From positions 17,174 through 81,173 of IMG/VR virus record IMGVR_UViG_2894272399_000002: a stretch of 64,000 nt of DNA; one strand, given 5' to 3'. The notes beneath the pieces were generated by a model. That model was given only the letters and a program-made list of their open reading frames with translations, ran no database searches and had not been told where the DNA came from. A program made the position numbers and the translations under genes. This DNA is from a virus. Lineage: Duplodnaviria; Caudoviricetes. This document shows positions 9,592-19,548 of this stretch, in pieces; the stretch's first letter is position 1, and the number at the start of each line of letters is the position of its first letter.

Positions 9592-12168
9592 ATGAAGGGC
9601 ATATTTCGTTTACTTCTCTTACTGATATCGCTGCCTGCGCTGAGCCAGTCGACAATCACAGTGCCTTCTTCGGGTACGGTCGCGACCGAGGCATGGGTAA
9701 AAGAATACTTCTTCGAGCAGCTTGAAAAGTATGCAATCTCTGATTGTGACCTCAAAGCTGTCGACGTTACTCATGACGGTACGTCGCTTGAATTTGGACT
9801 GTCGGGCACACCTCCGGATCTGAACAATTATTCCGTCCGAATCACCAAAGGCTCGCAGATCTGGTATTGGAATGATATCCCATATGTTGCAGGTGAACGA
9901 CTAAGGATCGAAAACGTACCAAGCATTGATTCAGCTAGGGTAACGATCCGCCCGGTCATTCGACCTACCTGTTACTATTCTTTTGGTTATAATCTTGGAG
10001 GGGGTGAAAATCCGGATCCCGGGGAAGATACGACTGTCGTCACTCCTGTTTGTCAGGCTGGCCCGACGATCCTGTCTGTATATAATGTAACAGCATCAGG
10101 TCTTACTACCCAGTTTCACGGTAACGGCGTAACCCTTTTACAATATAAGGTAAAAGATGGTACCGGTGCGACCATACGCACAGGTCAGATAGCGCCATCT
10201 TCTTCCATTCTGAATATTGGTTTCTCTTCTGACATTACGGCCGGAAGCTACACGCTCAGGCTTGAAGGTGTTTCCTGTATTGGATTTAGTGAAAAACAGT
10301 TTACCCTTGAAGTTGGCGGTGGTGGGCCGCCCCCTTCCGGTAATGTCGTAGCCAAACAGGTAACCAAAGGTCTGCCCGAACACATGAACCTGGTGATTAC
10401 CGGGACAGGTGCAGACAAGAAGATCACAGACCTTGCCACAATCACTCCTCCCGACGGATACGAATTCCGTTATTTTATCAACGACCAAGTTGTTAAGCAG
10501 TCGACAAGGCTTATCAACTACCCCTGGCCTTCCGAAGTCCCTCTTGCAGTCTACAAGTTCCAGATCCGGCCAGATGTAAACAGCATTTATACATGGGGTT
10601 ACGATGAAGGCTGGAAAGACCCGAACGCGGGACGGACATTCAGCTACAATACAACTTGCGCTTTTGCCACGTTCGTTTTCGACGACGAAGCATCAGGATA
10701 TAATTCTTCCAAGCGGGTTCCGCAATGGATGGATTACCTGCCCGATATGCCCGCAACAGACGGGAAGATCTGGGTTATGCCAAAAGGCCCGATCAACACG
10801 ATCGATCAGCTCACCTCAAAGGGAGTAACCAACTTTTCAAACTACGAGATTGCCAGTCTTTCAAGTGCGGAGATTAACGCGCTTGCGAATGCAGGGAGGA
10901 CGTACGACGAAGTACCTCAAACTCAAAGCCAATTAAGCCTACCTGATCGCGGTGCTGGTCAATGGAAACCTGACGGTGTTGGTTGGCCTGGCAACTGGAA
11001 TACAAGGTTCTTCGATTACACGCCAGGTCAAAGCGAACCTCTTACCAATGAACAAGGGGCAGCCAAAGGCAATCAATACTCCGTCACCCATAGGCTTGTT
11101 GTATTTGAAAACAGCGAGCAGGATCACGCGATTGGTACTCAGTGGAGCTTCTGGAAACCTTACTACCAAAACTATACTGCCCGGCATAACTCAAGATTTC
11201 CGGGAACGGCACGGGTTGCACATAATTACTTCACCGGCCCCATCAATCAATATCCTGACGGTTCATCCTGGGATAGCAAGAAAGCGGCTTACGGCTCAAA
11301 TCCTTCTGTATTAGGATATGCGAACAGGTTACAGACAAAGAACTTACTGATTGCTCCGGTTTCAGATTGGCCTCCTTCCAATATGCTTCCGGGCAACAAT
11401 ATGGAGGATGTCAATTCTGCATGCTACGGGTTGTACTTTAATGATATCGGCGATACGCCCAACAATCCTTACCGGATGATCTATAAGGCGCATTTAACCC
11501 ACAAGGTCAATAAATACCTGTTGGGATTCATGCAGACCTTTTACGAGTGGAACCCTAACAACCTGCAAGAAACCGTCTTTCCGGAAGGCAAATTCTATAA
11601 GTATGTGAAGATGCCGCATAGCCCGGCGCAGGTCATTACATACGCCTTTATCAGCCGCGTATTCCTGGATGGATTTATCCCCTTTACCGCCGCCTCGAAA
11701 ACAGACGGAAATTTCCGCTACGACAAACAATGGTGGGGAAATAGCCTCTGGTATCCCAACGGAGCCACAAGCCCACAGAATAACGATTCATTCCCATACT
11801 GGAAACAGCCGGGACAAAACGAAGCCTTTGCAACGTCAGGCTTTGAGGATGCGGTGGGGATCGGGATGTATGAATACTACAAAACATTCATGCAGACGGC
11901 TGGCGGGACTCGTCAATTCCTCCGGTACCGATTAGATGGCGGGGCATGGGTTGAAGCACAAAACAACAATCTATATGATGTTGTCGATGCTTTCTACGAC
12001 AAAAGGGCAATCGTTTTCAGTGAGGTCAAAGCCGGAAAACTGGCGGTTATGTACCTGAACCCCTATGCTGACGGAGCAGTCCGGAATCTTGAATACCAAT
12101 ACAATGGAGTCACTTATTCAATGCCTGTCGCCTCGGTGATGGTGCATGCTAAACTGCATAATTTATGA
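9592..12168 (+). CDS. Large signal-peptide protein: ATxxWV motif, Ig-like domains, aromatic-rich C-terminal domain (possible glycan binding or hydrolase)
   Basis: 858 aa; signal ends ALS|Q; VATEAWVKEY; shares the Cys-pair domain with its neighbours. Confidence 0.7.
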   Translation: MKGIFRLLLLLISLPALSQSTITVPSSGTVATEAWVKEYFFEQLEKYAISDCDLKAVDVTHDGTSLEFGLSGTPPDLNNYSVRITKGSQIWYWNDIPYVAGERLRIENVPSIDSARVTIRPVIRPTCYYSFGYNLGGGENPDPGEDTTVVTPVCQAGPTILSVYNVTASGLTTQFHGNGVTLLQYKVKDGTGATIRTGQIAPSSSILNIGFSSDITAGSYTLRLEGVSCIGFSEKQFTLEVGGGGPPPSGNVVAKQVTKGLPEHMNLVITGTGADKKITDLATITPPDGYEFRYFINDQVVKQSTRLINYPWPSEVPLAVYKFQIRPDVNSIYTWGYDEGWKDPNAGRTFSYNTTCAFATFVFDDEASGYNSSKRVPQWMDYLPDMPATDGKIWVMPKGPINTIDQLTSKGVTNFSNYEIASLSSAEINALANAGRTYDEVPQTQSQLSLPDRGAGQWKPDGVGWPGNWNTRFFDYTPGQSEPLTNEQGAAKGNQYSVTHRLVVFENSEQDHAIGTQWSFWKPYYQNYTARHNSRFPGTARVAHNYFTGPINQYPDGSSWDSKKAAYGSNPSVLGYANRLQTKNLLIAPVSDWPPSNMLPGNNMEDVNSACYGLYFNDIGDTPNNPYRMIYKAHLTHKVNKYLLGFMQTFYEWNPNNLQETVFPEGKFYKYVKMPHSPAQVITYAFISRVFLDGFIPFTAASKTDGNFRYDKQWWGNSLWYPNGATSPQNNDSFPYWKQPGQNEAFATSGFEDAVGIGMYEYYKTFMQTAGGTRQFLRYRLDGGAWVEAQNNNLYDVVDAFYDKRAIVFSEVKAGKLAVMYLNPYADGAVRNLEYQYNGVTYSMPVASVMVHAKLHNL

Positions 12169-12428
12169 AAATTGGATTCAAAATTGAAGCGGCAGATACA
12201 AATCGTATGAATCCTTGGAATGGACATAAGCACACGGATGGATGTTGGTGTCGATTAACGTACGGTTTTTGGACGGTGGATGCTGGTCGGTACTCACTGA
12301 TTGATTTTGTTCTACTCTCTGAAATGCCAAGACGCAAGTTCCACTTTTCCAATACAGTGTTCTTTTCACATCGCTACATAAGGTTGAAAATTGGAAAAAT
12401 ATTCATCGAGATCTCATTACCAGTATGA
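12165..12428 (+). CDS. Hypothetical protein
   Basis: ATGA-coupled to the previous gene. Confidence 0.5.
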   Translation: MKIGFKIEAADTNRMNPWNGHKHTDGCWCRLTYGFWTVDAGRYSLIDFVLLSEMPRRKFHFSNTVFFSHRYIRLKIGKIFIEISLPV

Positions 12429-12553
12429 CTAAAATCGAAAAAGCAATCCTCCTTGGACTTGTAGCGATCACAGCAGCCGGTATGCTGACACTTTGCTACG
12501 GAGCTTATCAAAACCAAAAAAACAGAGAAACGCATGAAGAACCCTGGGGTTAA
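12425..12553 (+). CDS. 42-aa single-pass membrane peptide
   Basis: Manual translation MTKIEKAILLGLVAITAAGMLTLCYGAYQNQKNRETHEEPWG; ATGA-coupled. Confidence 0.5.
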   Translation: MTKIEKAILLGLVAITAAGMLTLCYGAYQNQKNRETHEEPWG

Positions 12554-12762
12554 GAAAGCAACCAGTAAGCCCTGCCAGAGTTGCAAGATAAAATGTGCAA
12601 GGCCAAGGGATCCGAGGCGACCAAAGAAAGAAGATAACGAATTACCATAGTTCTTATTGTGCGGTTAATGGTGAGCAAAAGGTGTCGGAAGGTTTTCTGA
12701 CATCTTTTTAAAAGACCAAAACCCCGATCAAGAAGTAAGAATACCAAAGTACACACACGATA

Positions 12763-14829
12763 ATGAGATTCAAACACACACTATTATCCTTATTGCTTTC
12801 ATTCTCCTGCTTTGCTCAGGTAGATCTGCATATCCCAAACGCTGGCAACGCAGCTACAAGGGAGTGGGTAAAGGTGTATTTGGATGAGTGGCTTACCCGC
12901 GTGCCCCCACCGGTTATCAATCCTCCCGCCGACACTGCGAGCGGGCTTCCTGCATGCACATCCGGGCCGATTATCAATTCAGTAAGCAATGTCACGAAGA
13001 CGAGCCTCAAAGCTTCTCTTTCCTTCACGGGCGTCACGAGCCTTAACTGGGCAATCTATAAATCTTCGGCGCCTGGTTTGATTTTAAAATCCGGCAACAT
13101 CTCGCCACTGAACGGTACAAACAATATTAATTGGGTGGGTGACCTCGTTCCGGGCGAACATGTATTGAAAGTTTACGGTGTCAATTGCACAGGTGGTTCG
13201 ACTTCCAATTTCATTTTAAGCTCAACTCCTACCCCTCTGCCTTGTACTGCTGGGCCGGTTATTCTGAACCTATTCAATGCAACTAGAACTGGATTAATCT
13301 TTGAATGGTCGGGGCTCAATGTCCCTGAAATTGTTTGGACAATCAAGCAGGGGGCGACCACAATCCGGTCAGGTTCGTTTGTGACTTCCGGAGCGCAGAC
13401 TATCAATATCAGCTACACGCAGCTTGGGTTTGGAACGTACGACCTGCAGTTGAACGGGCTTACCTGCCCTACCCAGACAGCAGCAAGGTCATTTACGCTG
13501 ATTGACAACACTCCTACCCCAACAACGGCAAGAGCATTTTATCTGAACCTGACAGGTTACGGATGGGATCAGGAAGACCCTACTGGCATTCGAGTTGACA
13601 ATCGAAACATGATTGACGCCTTTGTCAACATGAATTACCAGGGAACCAACTTTAAAGGGATTCAGGGCCTTCGCATAAACATCAAATGGTACGAGTACGA
13701 GCCATCAGAAGGAAACTTTCAGGACTCCCGGTTGCTGGCAATATTGAACTGGTGCAAATCCCGTGGAATTAAACTTTCGGTAGCTCTCATTCCATGGAGA
13801 CGCGAGGGAGATAACATGATCCCAAATGGACACAAATCAACGCTGATCAATGACCGTATCTGGTATGCAGAAGGTTCGTTGCAAGATTTGACCACCTACA
13901 AAACCTATCAACCAAGCACCCAGAGCCCTATTGGACGGGAGAAGTTCAGACGCGTCGCACGGCACATGGCCCAAACGCTAAATCAGTTCCCTAATGATGT
14001 CGACTACATCTCCACGGCAACCGCGCTTACGGAAGAGTATCAGTTGATCCGCGATGAAAGCCCTATGCTGATGACTGGATACAGCCAGATCGATAAGGAA
14101 GCTTGGAACACGTTCGCGGGAGGACTGCCTGTCCCATATCCTGCTAGTTACTCGGATGTTTCAAGCATCGAATCAATGATGTCGACTAGTAACGGTCGAA
14201 AATGGTACGAATTCCAGACAAAAGGGCTCAAAGATTTTCATGCTGAATTCGTCGCAGGCGTCAAAGAAGGTGGACTCAGGGCTTGCGGAATGTATGCTGG
14301 TGCAGGGGCCCCTTCCGCTGTTTATGATTTCACTTACAAGCTCAACGAGATATACAGCGCCGGGCAACCCAATCAGCCGAACATCATCTATTCATCCGAA
14401 GGTGATGCCGGTAGCCAAGGAAGCAAGCTCATGGCAACTGACCTGAACATGGGCACATTCCCAGCGTCGAACTATGCAATTGAATTTGACCCAGAAGACA
14501 TCGCTGCGAATCAGGTGCACAATCCGCCCTACGGAATCGATTTGAACGGGAACCTCCTTTATCAATATGCATCATCATTTTTCCGGAGAGGTGGCAACAT
14601 CGTTCATTTCGCAATGTCTTTCGCCCCGAACAAGCTTCATCAGATTTATGAGGCAATGTTCAATCTGCGAAACCAATTCATCGACACTAACTCGGGAATG
14701 ACCGGAATTGATCAAGGAACACCATTCAACTTCCCGATCACAAATTATACAGGAATGCAAGGATATCGCGGACAATGGTCGGCAAACGGAGGCGGGTTGA
14801 ACAAACAAGTCAAATTCACATTGCAATGA
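12763..14829 (+). CDS. Signal-peptide glycoside hydrolase (TIM-barrel, GH42/GH35/GH14-like) with two Cys-pair Ig-like domains
   Basis: Signal ends CFA|Q; AATREWVKVY; LRINIKWYEYEPSEGNF...L...GIK motif. Confidence 0.7.
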   Translation: MRFKHTLLSLLLSFSCFAQVDLHIPNAGNAATREWVKVYLDEWLTRVPPPVINPPADTASGLPACTSGPIINSVSNVTKTSLKASLSFTGVTSLNWAIYKSSAPGLILKSGNISPLNGTNNINWVGDLVPGEHVLKVYGVNCTGGSTSNFILSSTPTPLPCTAGPVILNLFNATRTGLIFEWSGLNVPEIVWTIKQGATTIRSGSFVTSGAQTINISYTQLGFGTYDLQLNGLTCPTQTAARSFTLIDNTPTPTTARAFYLNLTGYGWDQEDPTGIRVDNRNMIDAFVNMNYQGTNFKGIQGLRINIKWYEYEPSEGNFQDSRLLAILNWCKSRGIKLSVALIPWRREGDNMIPNGHKSTLINDRIWYAEGSLQDLTTYKTYQPSTQSPIGREKFRRVARHMAQTLNQFPNDVDYISTATALTEEYQLIRDESPMLMTGYSQIDKEAWNTFAGGLPVPYPASYSDVSSIESMMSTSNGRKWYEFQTKGLKDFHAEFVAGVKEGGLRACGMYAGAGAPSAVYDFTYKLNEIYSAGQPNQPNIIYSSEGDAGSQGSKLMATDLNMGTFPASNYAIEFDPEDIAANQVHNPPYGIDLNGNLLYQYASSFFRRGGNIVHFAMSFAPNKLHQIYEAMFNLRNQFIDTNSGMTGIDQGTPFNFPITNYTGMQGYRGQWSANGGGLNKQVKFTLQ

Positions 14830-14866
14830 CTTCCCTTCCACACATGAACATTTTAAAAGAAGACCA

Positions 14867-15193
14867 ATGGAAGAATTATTAAGGAACCTGGGGGTTAAGG
14901 CCGAAAATATGCTCATGTCATTTTTTGCCGCCACCATATTTGTGATTATCAGGATCTACGAGCCCGAAGTGCCCCTATCCCGAAGAAAGGTGATATACGT
15001 GATCACTTCCGGAGCGGCTACGGCTTTGTTAGTCCCTGGCTTAGTGGTGTATTGGTTTAAAGTCGATAATGCATTCATGGCCGGGTTTGCTACCGCCGTG
15101 GTAGTGCTCTCATTCGAGTTTATCGTGCAGATAATTAGGGAAAAAGTAATCAGAAAGCTAAAAGACAAAGATGATGGAACTACAATTCATTGA
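14867..15193 (+). CDS. Holin-like protein (3 TM)
   Basis: Three hydrophobic segments and a basic C-terminus; upstream of endolysin. Confidence 0.7.
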   Translation: MEELLRNLGVKAENMLMSFFAATIFVIIRIYEPEVPLSRRKVIYVITSGAATALLVPGLVVYWFKVDNAFMAGFATAVVVLSFEFIVQIIREKVIRKLKDKDDGTTIH

Positions 15194-15512
15194 ATGGATC
15201 GTAAAGGGAGTAACTGTGTTGCTTTGCGGCGGAGTCCTTGCTATTACGCTCATATCGCACAACACATTAAAGACGAAGAACCGGGATGCAGTGAAAGAGC
15301 AAATCCGTCGGTCTAACGGAGATACCCTGGGAGGTAAGATATTTTTTTACTGCATCATCCTGTTTTGCCTGAATGGGTTCTATTGGGGGTTGACGGTGTT
15401 TACGCAAGGCTTTTTAACTGCTGCGATTGTAGCCGAAAGACTTATCACTTACAGGATTTGCAGAGCAAACAAGGACGGGTTAGGGCGGTTTTTGGCTCGT
15501 ATTGATTGGTAA
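15171..15512 (+). CDS. Second lysis-cassette membrane protein (holin/antiholin-like)
   Basis: 2-3 TM segments; overlaps holin and endolysin. Confidence 0.55.
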   Translation: MMELQFIEWIVKGVTVLLCGGVLAITLISHNTLKTKNRDAVKEQIRRSNGDTLGGKIFFYCIILFCLNGFYWGLTVFTQGFLTAAIVAERLITYRICRANKDGLGRFLARIDW

Positions 15513-15955
15513 TGAAGACACAAAAGCAGTTAATCGAGAAGTTCGGCAACCCGGCGGTAGATAACATCACATTTGAAAGAAAATGGATGACATTATGGCA
15601 TGTTCCGGAAGCTATCGGTGATCATATTCCGGCTATTCCTGGTAAGATATACCTCAATAATCTGATCAAAGAACGCCTTGAAACGACTTTGTTCGCATTG
15701 ATAGAAGCTGACCTTCATTCGGAGATTAAAACATTTGACGGCTGCTTCAACATACGCAAGAAACGGGGACTAGAAACACTTTCCTTACACGCCTTTGGGA
15801 TAGCAGTAGATCTTAACGCGGCCTGGAACCAATTAGGCAAGCCAAGTACCTGGAGTAATGATTTTATTGAAGTATGGCGGCGCAATGGATGGGAATGTGG
15901 CGCAGACTGGAAGGGACGGATTGATGCAATGCACTTCCAATGGGATAATTTTTAA
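15506..15955 (+). CDS. Endolysin, M15 family zinc peptidase
   Basis: SLHAFGIAVD (SxHxxGxAxD) and DAMHFQ motifs. Confidence 0.88.
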   Translation: MVMKTQKQLIEKFGNPAVDNITFERKWMTLWHVPEAIGDHIPAIPGKIYLNNLIKERLETTLFALIEADLHSEIKTFDGCFNIRKKRGLETLSLHAFGIAVDLNAAWNQLGKPSTWSNDFIEVWRRNGWECGADWKGRIDAMHFQWDNF

Positions 15956-15961
15956 CACACT

Positions 15962-17023
15962 ATGAATAAGGTTAAACACGCTTTTTGCTTCCCTGGTGGT
16001 GGTTTTAAAGGGGCCACGCAAGTAGGCTTTCTGAAAGCTGCCATAGAGCACAATATCCATGCAGACATTATCAGCGGCACTTCCGTCGGAACGCTGGTAG
16101 GAGCTTTTGCGGCTATGCGCAAGTACAATTTACTTTTCGACCTATGGGATCATGTAGGTAAAACGAATGGTTCTATCATCACAAAAACCTATCTGGCTGA
16201 GCTTCGTGACGGAGGTGTTTATCCAAACATCGACCAGATTAAAGACATTCTTACAAATGGGATTGGCTTCAAAGACAAGATCGGGTTAATCACCAAAAAA
16301 GGCCAGCAGAAGTTTATCCAGAAAGTAATCGAGAACGGTAAATCCATCGATAAAATCATGGACAACAGCCCGCTCTTCGACTTACTGACACAACACGTAT
16401 TCAAAAAAGACTTTCAGGCTGACTTCCATTTCACGCTGGTGAGCCTTTATGACGGGAAGTTGTACAAGGTCAATCAAAACAGCTTTGCCGATGATCATAA
16501 CCTTCGTCTTGGCATGCTGGCAAGTACCGCAATGCCCGGAGTATGGGCTCCGATTCCATGGATCAGGTTAGCCGACGGAACATTTATCCGGGACGCGGTG
16601 GACGGTGGACTCAGAATGTCCAGCCCGCTTCCGCTGATTATGTCAAAGCTCACAAAAGGAAATCCATGGAAGGTTTACACTCCGAACGCAAATAGTATCT
16701 ATCAGTCAATCAATGATCAGAAAAAGAATCTGGTCACCCAGGCGGCTTCTGCTATTGATATACTTCTCAATGAGGGGCTTCAACGGGATATCAAAATGAC
16801 CGAGAAGATCAACGAATGGGCTTTGAAGTATCCGGAATGGGCAGAGAAGGAAGGGATTGTATATGCCGAGCTCTTCAACATCGAAGTGCCGCTCAACGAG
16901 AGAGGCGAAAGTTTGCTCGGTCGAACACTTGACCCGCGGGCAGAATGGATTGAAAAGCGGATCCAGATCGGGTACGAAAGCGCGACTAAGATTTTCCAAA
17001 ACCTTTCAACTCAGGCGGCATAA
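15962..17023 (+). CDS. Patatin-like phospholipase
   Basis: GGGFKG, GTSVG (GxSxG) and DGG motifs. Confidence 0.9.
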   Translation: MNKVKHAFCFPGGGFKGATQVGFLKAAIEHNIHADIISGTSVGTLVGAFAAMRKYNLLFDLWDHVGKTNGSIITKTYLAELRDGGVYPNIDQIKDILTNGIGFKDKIGLITKKGQQKFIQKVIENGKSIDKIMDNSPLFDLLTQHVFKKDFQADFHFTLVSLYDGKLYKVNQNSFADDHNLRLGMLASTAMPGVWAPIPWIRLADGTFIRDAVDGGLRMSSPLPLIMSKLTKGNPWKVYTPNANSIYQSINDQKKNLVTQAASAIDILLNEGLQRDIKMTEKINEWALKYPEWAEKEGIVYAELFNIEVPLNERGESLLGRTLDPRAEWIEKRIQIGYESATKIFQNLSTQAA

Positions 17024-17313
17024 TGGGCATTTTAATAGGCATGGGCAACATCAACACAGGGTCATTTAAAGCGATGATCAATTCTATGCTTGGCATCCCA
17101 TCAGGGATTACGAAGGCCCAGCTTCGCTCGACCGATATGGATACATCGAGTATTGTCTCTGTGACTGACATCGGTGATAATTCGGTTGCGATCTTTCTGC
17201 CTGACGACACGGAAAGCGAAGACGACGGAGAAACAATATTGGTCGACTCGGTAGGCAAACGATTTGAAATTAAGCCCTTAAAAGACGTAGTACTTAATTC
17301 CCCGTATCAATAA
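17023..17313 (+). CDS. Small fibre/tailspike-adaptor-like protein without signal peptide
   Basis: N-terminus MGILIGMG; LR...DDTESEDDGETILVD..GKRF resembles the N-domain of the next gene. Confidence 0.55.
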   Translation: MGILIGMGNINTGSFKAMINSMLGIPSGITKAQLRSTDMDTSSIVSVTDIGDNSVAIFLPDDTESEDDGETILVDSVGKRFEIKPLKDVVLNSPYQ

Positions 17314-17321
17314 ACACACTA

Positions 17322-19502
17322 ATGAAAAAGACACTCACACTATTTTGTTTTTTACTGAATAGCCTTTCCGCTTTCTCTCAAACAACACCCGAGGCGAAAG
17401 CAAAAGCTTCGATTGCCAAGATATCAGACAACACAATCAAGGCTATAAAGCCATCTGACTTCAGGAATGCATACACCGACATCCTGAACTTGGCTATTTC
17501 CCGGGCACCCTTTCTTTCAATGAAAGATCTCCGCCTGGGCAAAGCTGATACCGCCCGGGTAGTATTGATCAATGAAGGCGGAAGATCAGGACAGTTCATT
17601 TATGACCCAACGGACACCACAAGCCCTGACGATTCAGCAATGGTGATCAGGTATGGCGCAAGAAGGTATAAACGCCCATTACAGGAGTATGTGACACCTC
17701 TGTCATTCGGCGCTGTTGGGGATAGCGCCACTGATGACGCATCGGCAGTCCGCAAAGCCGCGGCATTTGCCACTGCCAAGAAACGCACATTGCTCATTGA
17801 AGCAGGATATGTGTTTACCCTTAATTCGACTGTGCTTTTTGGTTGCAATGTCGATGGTTACGGCACAATAAAAACTCGTAACAGCGCGTCATTTACAGCG
17901 AATGCAAGTAATATGACAATTAAAAATATTACGATAACGGGTAAACACGCTAACGTAATCGCGGGCCGTGGCTTGTACATCAGTTACGCTTCAAATGTGG
18001 TCGTTGACAATGTCAAGGCAGTCAGCACCATCAGTCAGGGCATATATTTTCTTGGGGGCGTAAATATTAAAGCTGTCAATTGCCGAACAGCAGAGCAGAG
18101 AGGGGAGTATGGTGATGGGATTTATTTTGGCGCTGCCACGAACCCGTCCGCTGCAAACTGTTTCGTTCGTGATTTTCAACGCGTAGGGATTGTTTTTGAA
18201 CAAGGCTGCACCAGTGCTATTGCGATAGGCAACACTGTCAAAGATAGCTATCCCGCATGGTCTTCACAGTTCAATGGGGGGATATGGGGTGAGAAAATCA
18301 AGGGAGCGATATTCGCAAACAACTACATTGAAAATGTAAGGGATAAATCGCTTACCCTCTCACCGAACTCAACCACTACTGCCGGCAAAACTTATAGTTA
18401 TATCGTTTCCGGAAATACAATGGTCAAGAGCGCCGAAGGATTTGGGTTTGCCTTTTCAGAGGACCAGATTTTAAATTACAGTGACAACACAACGATCGAT
18501 GTTCGACGGGGAACAGAAATTGGCCCTTGCCTTGAAGCCACGCTTTCCAACTCCACATTTGCTCTGAGAGATTCATCAGCGAGCTGGTTTTCTGAGCTAG
18601 TCCGGTTTGTCCCGATCACTACAACCGGCAAAAAGACGAAGCTGACCATAGACAACTGTAAGAATTATATTAATGGAGGTGCCGCAGTTTTAATTACAAA
18701 CGTTGCAGCCCACAAAGGCGATTTGACAGTTCAGAATTGCCGAACCGGAAACTGGGCTTTCCTGCAACAGCCGGTAACACTTGAAGGAGACGTCAATTTC
18801 TTCAATTCGAATGCAGACTTTACAGTACTCGGCAGTACTCAGCGATATTTGACGAACAGTATAAATGCCACCTTCCGGGAAAGCAATTTAAAAATAGACA
18901 AAACCAACACTCTCTTGTTGCAGGGGGCAAAAGTTGAGTTCATCAACTGCAATATTACAGCTGATTCGACCAGTCAAATACAATTTGGAGTGTTTGGAGC
19001 GGAAAACGTTCGGTTCGAAAGTTGCAAAATTGATAAAGTGAAGCTTTACAATATACGCAAGAACGTTACAAAGCTGTACTTGATCAATAACGAGTTCACA
19101 GACTACCAGTCCGAAGGGATTTTTAATACAGTCGTCGTATCACTCAACACCCTGGACGTGCGAGGCAACAAGTTCAGCAGCACACTAACGACCAACGCCC
19201 CGATCCAGCTTTTCAACGGCGCAGTAAACACAGCCTTTGGAATCAATTCATTCACGAGCTCCACCTTGGTGACTCAGTTTTCTCCGAAATATGATTTCGC
19301 GGCCAGGTTGACGAATACATCCACTAGTGTCCCGAACAAAACATCGTTGAATACATCTTATGGGGGATATAAAGGCGGAACAAAGGTTGTTTATCGATTC
19401 ATTTCGACCGGCGCAAGAAGCTATGAAAAAAACGACGATTCGGCGACGTCAGATTGGGAGGAAACCATCTATTCAACAGGCATAAAAAGCTTTTTGCCTT
19501 AG
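17322..19502 (+). CDS. Signal-peptide tailspike-like right-handed beta-helix depolymerase (pectate lyase 3-like)
   Basis: Signal ends AFS|Q; FIYDPTDTTSPDD tailspike N-domain; FGAVGDSATDDASA motif; beta-helix repeats. Confidence 0.82.
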   Translation: MKKTLTLFCFLLNSLSAFSQTTPEAKAKASIAKISDNTIKAIKPSDFRNAYTDILNLAISRAPFLSMKDLRLGKADTARVVLINEGGRSGQFIYDPTDTTSPDDSAMVIRYGARRYKRPLQEYVTPLSFGAVGDSATDDASAVRKAAAFATAKKRTLLIEAGYVFTLNSTVLFGCNVDGYGTIKTRNSASFTANASNMTIKNITITGKHANVIAGRGLYISYASNVVVDNVKAVSTISQGIYFLGGVNIKAVNCRTAEQRGEYGDGIYFGAATNPSAANCFVRDFQRVGIVFEQGCTSAIAIGNTVKDSYPAWSSQFNGGIWGEKIKGAIFANNYIENVRDKSLTLSPNSTTTAGKTYSYIVSGNTMVKSAEGFGFAFSEDQILNYSDNTTIDVRRGTEIGPCLEATLSNSTFALRDSSASWFSELVRFVPITTTGKKTKLTIDNCKNYINGGAAVLITNVAAHKGDLTVQNCRTGNWAFLQQPVTLEGDVNFFNSNADFTVLGSTQRYLTNSINATFRESNLKIDKTNTLLLQGAKVEFINCNITADSTSQIQFGVFGAENVRFESCKIDKVKLYNIRKNVTKLYLINNEFTDYQSEGIFNTVVVSLNTLDVRGNKFSSTLTTNAPIQLFNGAVNTAFGINSFTSSTLVTQFSPKYDFAARLTNTSTSVPNKTSLNTSYGGYKGGTKVVYRFISTGARSYEKNDDSATSDWEETIYSTGIKSFLP

Positions 19503-19548
19503 GAATCGCAGTCGCTTAAAAAAGTAACAAACACACACGCTATATAAA

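Noticed and set aside
12534-12650. 38-aa Cys-rich ORF MKNPGVKKATSKPCQSCKIKC...
   Set aside because: Too short and without a recognisable family; cannot be supported as a gene.
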